NCBI GenBank assembly: GCA_964607805.1
Contig: CAZSLF010000002.1
Location: 36,269-100,268 of the forward strand
Length of the DNA stretch: 64,000 nucleotides
Reading direction: 5' to 3'
Source: an uncultured Candidatus Saccharibacteria bacterium
GTDB taxonomy: Bacteria > Patescibacteriota > Minisyncoccia > Phycocordibacterales > CAIZLB01
Positions 59,669-64,000 of this stretch are shown here, piece by piece; the stretch's first letter is position 1, and every line of letters begins with the position of its first letter. The translations under genes and the position numbers were made by a program. Below the pieces are notes generated by a model. That model saw nothing but the letters and a program-made list of their open reading frames with translations. It ran no database searches and had not been told where the DNA came from.

Positions 59669-60649
59669 CTATTTCTTAAGCGCCAACTTAATCAGGTGCG
59701 CAATCAATTCATCTTCGTTGCTGCCAACAGCATGTAAAGATTTGAGAAATGGCGCATGCGCATGAAAATGTGGATGTGTATTTACATCGAGTACATATAT
59801 ACCGCGTCTTGGTGTGACAATTACGTCCACAGTTCCAATATGGCGAAGACCTAAACTATCTTTGGCTCGCTTTACAATATTTTCAATCACTTCTTTTTCA
59901 TGTGTAGTTAGTTGCGCAGGAACTCTGTGACTATAACTTCCTGAAAGCTTATCCGCGAAATCCATAACATGATTATGAGGTTCTACATGAACAGGCATGA
60001 GTGGATAGTGCTCTTGGCCACGGAAATCGTCTATAAATCCAGAAATAATTTCCTTTCCAGTAATATATTCTTCTACAACAATATCAGGAGAAAAAAGTCT
60101 GGCATGATCGAGAGCTTTTATTAGTTCATCGAAATTTCTAGCAATTGATACTCCTACTGATTCGTTAGCATTGCGAGGTTTTACAACAACAGGCATGGGA
60201 AATGTATGGAAGAGATCCTTAGCAACATGTTCAATTTCATCTCCATGTTCTAAATGAAAATCTTTTGCATATGGAGTTTTAATTCCTTCTCTTTTAAGCG
60301 TATCGCGAGTGGCTTTTTTATCACGAGCCATAATTGTTCCGAAAGATTTACTTCCTGTAAATGGCATATGAAATGTATCCAAAATATGCTGAATCCTTCC
60401 GTCTCCACCATATGCACCATGAAGAGAATTAAAAACAACATCAACGTGTCGTAAAGCTTGCTCAGGAAGCATAGGTAAACCTCCAATATGCCAGACACCT
60501 GCTTTATCAATTAAGATATCAATTGCTTTATACTCTTTATTCCAAGGTTCTTTTTTTAGGACATCGAGAATTCGCGCTCCCATTTTCATGGAAAGATCAT
60601 ACTCATCACTTTTTCCGCCGCGAAGCACTCCAACTTTTATATGGGACAT
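59669..60649 (-). CDS. ddl: D-alanine--D-alanine ligase family protein
   Basis: VLRGGKSDEYDLS, LHGAYGGDG.IQ, VVKP...S.G, VEEYI.G.E and LDVNT.P. Confidence 0.88.
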   Translation of the reverse strand: MSHIKVGVLRGGKSDEYDLSMKMGARILDVLKKEPWNKEYKAIDILIDKAGVWHIGGLPMLPEQALRHVDVVFNSLHGAYGGDGRIQHILDTFHMPFTGSKSFGTIMARDKKATRDTLKREGIKTPYAKDFHLEHGDEIEHVAKDLFHTFPMPVVVKPRNANESVGVSIARNFDELIKALDHARLFSPDIVVEEYITGKEIISGFIDDFRGQEHYPLMPVHVEPHNHVMDFADKLSGSYSHRVPAQLTTHEKEVIENIVKRAKDSLGLRHIGTVDVIVTPRRGIYVLDVNTHPHFHAHAPFLKSLHAVGSNEDELIAHLIKLALKK

Positions 60650-60787
60650 GAATATTACAACTATATCATATTAAGTTTTGTTAAAGTTTAAATAAAATGA
60701 AATGAGTTGTGGAAATATCACGTTTTAATCATTTATATTTATTTGATTTTAATTATTTGTCGTTATTTTTAGTTATTTCTACTGCTA

Positions 60788-60815
60788 TTGACAAACCCAT
60801 AAAAGCATGTATAAT
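60788..60815 (+). promoter_or_regulatory. sigma70 promoter
   Basis: TTGACA-N16-TATAAT after a very AT-rich tract. Confidence 0.75.
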
Positions 60816-61008
60816 ATACACCATATACGTACCTTAAAATACGATCTGCGTAAAAAGCCTGTTTTTAGGCCATTTTTGAAGCCAAATTTAAAGTCAAAAT
60901 TAAAGAGGTTGAAGAAGGAAGAATATAAAATTGGTTTTTTACGCAGATCACTCCGTGCCGTTTACGGTTTAGATTTATGCGTTCACAACAAGTAGAAACC
61001 ACACGTAT

Positions 61009-61632
61009 ATGAAACTTCGCACAATCTGGGCGACTGTTACAGTTGCCGAGGAAGGCCTTACCGCCTTCAAAGTCACAAAAACGGATGACCGCATCAACCC
61101 TACCGCACTCGCTGTTGGGGATGAACCGCTCATCACAAATGGTATCGGATACACCCAGGTATTCGACGACCACAAACCCAGCCCTCGATTCGATCTCTTC
61201 TTTCGCAGGGAAGGATCGAAGGATTTGGACATCGGGGACAAGATCGTCGTCCTCTGTCAAGACAATGAAGGCGAACTCATTTACCTGAATTGGACAAATG
61301 AGGCGGAATACCGTCGCTGCCAGGCTCAAATCGACCAAAGGCTCGGGAAAAAGAAGGCCGTGCAAGTGCAGAAGCCGACTCAGCCTACCAAGGACACAAA
61401 TATCTACCGGCTTTTCCACGACAATCAGTCGTTTACTGGAAAGATCGGCGACATCGTTCGTGCACTCTACAAGTACGATCGCCAAAGCCAGGCTTCGGGC
61501 TGGCCCTGCGATTGTGTGTGGAGCATTCATGACGGACGGGGGTTCGTAAAGTGCGACGCTCCTGCCCATCCGGGTACCAATCAGTTCTTGGAGCCCAAGC
61601 CTGAAGCTGCCGTTAGCGCGGTTGCCGCGTAA
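61009..61632 (+). CDS. Hypothetical protein (cassette)
   Basis: 207 aa, more GC-rich, with an upstream promoter and terminator 61665-61696. Confidence 0.7.
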   Translation: MKLRTIWATVTVAEEGLTAFKVTKTDDRINPTALAVGDEPLITNGIGYTQVFDDHKPSPRFDLFFRREGSKDLDIGDKIVVLCQDNEGELIYLNWTNEAEYRRCQAQIDQRLGKKKAVQVQKPTQPTKDTNIYRLFHDNQSFTGKIGDIVRALYKYDRQSQASGWPCDCVWSIHDGRGFVKCDAPAHPGTNQFLEPKPEAAVSAVAA

Positions 61633-61854
61633 CCACAAGCCGAAACTACGGCACGGAACATTCGAAGGGCGAGACCATTAGGTCTCGCCCTTTTTTAACA
61701 CCATGAATTATCCACAAATTTGACAAATTACCATTAAATATGATGTAATTGAATCGTACTGGGATAGCCCCAGTCATGAATGCACATTTTTTAATTGCGT
61801 AATTCTGACTGAATTTCAACCCTACATCCACTCACACCGAAACACAACGCACAA

Positions 61855-62694
61855 ATGAAAACCAAAAATATTTTGGTCGTCTTGGTGATGACCATTTCCC
61901 TGAAATTGCTCTGCCTTATTTCCCTCGTCCCTGCCACAGCAACAGCTGCAGTGAATTACCCTGTCATCGGACAGGAACTGCGCAACCAAATTACCGAGGT
62001 TCGTGCCACAGGAGCTTTCCTGGGTAGCGAATACACCGAGATTTGGCAAGACGAGTACGTCGCCATCTACCTTCCATCCCACCCACAGAAAGGCATGTTG
62101 TTCAAAGTGAACTTCGTGCCGACAGGAGTCGAGGATTATCTCGAACCAGTACTCACAGAGTACAGAGGTTCGACTTCTGTCACAATCACGTCCCCTCGCG
62201 ATTACCTGAAATTCAAGGATGGTACAAAAGAGATCTTCGGTTCAACCGAATTCCTGGGCCAGACAATATATTTCTATATCTGGTCTTGGTTTGAAGAAGA
62301 AGGTGATGGAGATGGAGATGGTCCAGAGAAATGGTCCGTGAACCTCACCTGGGGTGACTCAGCTGCCCTGTTCAATGTAGGTACTGAGGTTGATCGAACC
62401 ACGTTCGGTGTTCTCGAAGACGAGCCACGCAAATGTGGTTTCAAGATCCTTGGAACCAGTTTCGCAGATGGTCAGTTCTGTATCGACGCAACTCACGACT
62501 CCGATGCAGAGGTCAATATGGAAGTTTCCACGAACTTGAAAACGTGGGAACCAATCACCGCCGAACGCGAAACGATTCCTTCGACATTCAAATACGAAGA
62601 AGGAGTTAGGTTCATCGACATCCACCTCTCGCCAAACCTGACGCCCGAGCTTAAAGCAAAGTCGGCAGATGGAATATATTTTAGGATCAAGTAG
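61855..62694 (+). CDS. Secreted hypothetical protein, paralogue 1
   Basis: Signal peptide; clear similarity to 62913-63731; promoter TTGACA at 61720; terminator 62737-62777. Confidence 0.8.
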   Translation: MKTKNILVVLVMTISLKLLCLISLVPATATAAVNYPVIGQELRNQITEVRATGAFLGSEYTEIWQDEYVAIYLPSHPQKGMLFKVNFVPTGVEDYLEPVLTEYRGSTSVTITSPRDYLKFKDGTKEIFGSTEFLGQTIYFYIWSWFEEEGDGDGDGPEKWSVNLTWGDSAALFNVGTEVDRTTFGVLEDEPRKCGFKILGTSFADGQFCIDATHDSDAEVNMEVSTNLKTWEPITAERETIPSTFKYEEGVRFIDIHLSPNLTPELKAKSADGIYFRIK

Positions 62695-62912
62695 TAGTTG
62701 CGATTTCGAGCCCTGGCTCAAGTTACAGCATACTTCGATTCACGGCCGGCACCCTTAGGGGCGCCGGTTTTTTGTTTACAGAGCAATTTACCTATTCTTT
62801 ACTATGCTTGCTTGACATTTACATATATAATGTGTTATAATATTCATATTCTGAGATAGCCTCGGATGTTCATTTCACAAAAACACTCAACCACAACCAC
62901 CACTATTCTGTT

Positions 62913-63731
62913 ATGAAAAATGTAACTCTCGCTCGTCTGCTTTTCGTATCGATCCTTGCGATGATTTCGCTCTTCGCGAGTGCAACCGATGCGGCGGTGA
63001 AATATCCGGTCATTGGACAAAGCTTGCGAAACCACCTTACAGCGGTTCGTAGCGCCGGCACTTTTGTCGGTAGCGAACATGCCGAAATCTGGGAAAAGGA
63101 ATACGTGGCGATCACGGTTCCCTCCCATCCTGATAAAGGGATTCTCTTTAGGGCGAATTTCATTCCGGTCTTCGAGCTTCCCGGGTTTTATGAGCCACTT
63201 CTCACTTCATATGACGGTTCGGTTGCTGCGCGAGCAACAGCCGATCTTGGCTATTTCGAGTACGACGATGGCTCCGTAGAAATCTACGGATCAACCACGG
63301 TCTTGGGTCAGAAGATTTACTTCTATTCATGGTCCTGGTGGGACGATCATGGCTTCGAGCAGTGGTCAGTAACACTGACTTGGGGTCCCGGTTCAGCGAT
63401 CGACGAATCAGGAACTGAGATCGACCGAACTCACTTTGGAACATTGGCCACTGAGGTTCCATCACTTGGGTATGAAATAATTACCCAAGAGTTAGGGCTC
63501 GACGGGTTCGCGATTGGGATCGTCTTTGATAACCGCGCCGATTTAGTACTCGAGGCATCGACAGACCCGACAGACCCCAAAGCATGGCTTCCAGTCGGAA
63601 GTTTTGTCGAGGAGGTTCCAGATTCAAGCGTGTACGTTGAAGGGATCGATTTCTTGGGAATTGTATTGACCCCAGATCTTTCAGGAGCTCCGTTCAACAC
63701 GAGCTCACGAGTGTTTTTCAGGATCAAGTAA
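62913..63731 (+). CDS. Secreted hypothetical protein, paralogue 2
   Basis: Shares AAV.YPVIGQ.LRN, EIW..EYVAI..PSHP.KG.LF..NF.P and YFY.WSW with paralogue 1; promoter TTGACA-N18-TATAAT (62812-62841). Confidence 0.8.
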   Translation: MKNVTLARLLFVSILAMISLFASATDAAVKYPVIGQSLRNHLTAVRSAGTFVGSEHAEIWEKEYVAITVPSHPDKGILFRANFIPVFELPGFYEPLLTSYDGSVAARATADLGYFEYDDGSVEIYGSTTVLGQKIYFYSWSWWDDHGFEQWSVTLTWGPGSAIDESGTEIDRTHFGTLATEVPSLGYEIITQELGLDGFAIGIVFDNRADLVLEASTDPTDPKAWLPVGSFVEEVPDSSVYVEGIDFLGIVLTPDLSGAPFNTSSRVFFRIK

Positions 63732-63807
63732 TGCAGTCGGTCGCAAGACCTTATTCGCATGCTTTGATTCACGGCCGGCACCCTTCGGGGTGTCGGTTTT
63801 TTGTTTT

Positions 63808-63999
63808 CTATTTTCTCGAAGATTTGGGCAAAAAATTTTCTCCTCTTTTCTTTTTATGAAATGTAATGGCAAATCTATGAGTCTCGGCATTGAGTTCTAT
63901 TATTTTTTCTGGTGTAATGAGTTTTGACACTGAATTTGACGCTTTCTTGATGAGAATTTCATCTTCACCTGTATACAATATTTCGCGTGCCTTATGGGC
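63808..63999 (-). CDS. uvrC: 3' end of a UvrC-like excinuclease (partial, runs off the right edge)
   Basis: Manual translation ...IELNAETHRFAITFHKKKRGENFLPKSSRK* resembles the UvrC RDEAHRFAITYHR motif; no HhH tail. Confidence 0.7.
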   Translation of the reverse strand, partial: AHKAREILYTGEDEILIKKASNSVSKLITPEKIIELNAETHRFAITFHKKKRGENFLPKSSRK

Positions 64000-64000
64000 A

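Noticed and set aside
60865-61638. 257-aa minus-strand ORF
   Set aside because: It is the antisense shadow of 61009-61632; promoter, leader and terminator all support the plus strand.
60660-61716. Replication origin (AT-rich tract plus DnaA box TTATCCACA at 61708-61716)
   Set aside because: Only one perfect box, about 1 kb from the AT-rich tract, with no box cluster and no dnaA or dnaN nearby.
916-63890. Numerous short antisense or out-of-frame ORFs inside identified genes
   Set aside because: They lie within well-supported genes and have no motifs or expression signals of their own.
1-64000. CRISPR array, DGR/retron, integron, prophage or IS element
   Set aside because: I saw no regularly spaced direct repeats, reverse transcriptase, tyrosine or serine recombinase, transposase, terminase or capsid gene. 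The Cas4-like nuclease and baseplate-J-like protein have no cas or phage context.
1-64000. Stop-codon reassignment (code 25, as in Gracilibacteria/Absconditabacteria)
   Set aside because: Conserved genes translate full length under code 11, and TGA ends several genes, such as the ECF sigma at 39546.

Overview
This 64 kb window is bacterial chromosomal DNA, almost certainly from a Patescibacteria/CPR (Parcubacteria-like) genome. That assignment is inferred from the gene repertoire (short AlaRS, short L13, an FtsA-like plus baseplate-J-like pair, a sigma4/HARE-HTH protein, DUF5667, DUF5671, a lexA-dinB cassette) and from the lack of Shine-Dalgarno signals. The housekeeping backbone is mostly on the minus strand: grpE-dnaK-dnaJ, infA-rpmJ-rpsM-rpsK-rpsD-rpoA-rplQ-rplM-rpsI, alaS, pepF, udg, mnmA, mltG, leuS, ychF, zwf, an ECF sigma with a likely anti-sigma, lexA-dinB with a Cheo-type SOS box, tRNA-Ala(TGC), ddl and the 3' end of a uvrC-like gene. 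I found no CRISPR array, rRNA, transposase, integrase or reverse transcriptase. The most striking pattern is a two-tier gene architecture. Many backbone genes look leaderless, with TGnTAnnnT 6-10 nt before the ATG. About 18 accessory or ORFan units are instead self-contained cassettes: a (TA)TTGAC-N16-18-TAnnnT promoter, a 5' hairpin, an A/C-rich SD-less leader, one or two ORFs and their own terminator. Other candidates are a GC-rich double-hairpin element downstream of the tRNA, several structured non-coding transcripts or leaders, a pilin head fused to a peptidoglycan-binding protein, and tandem paralogues with a Verrucomicrobia-like C-terminal motif. All protein calls come from motif recognition by eye; no database searches were run.
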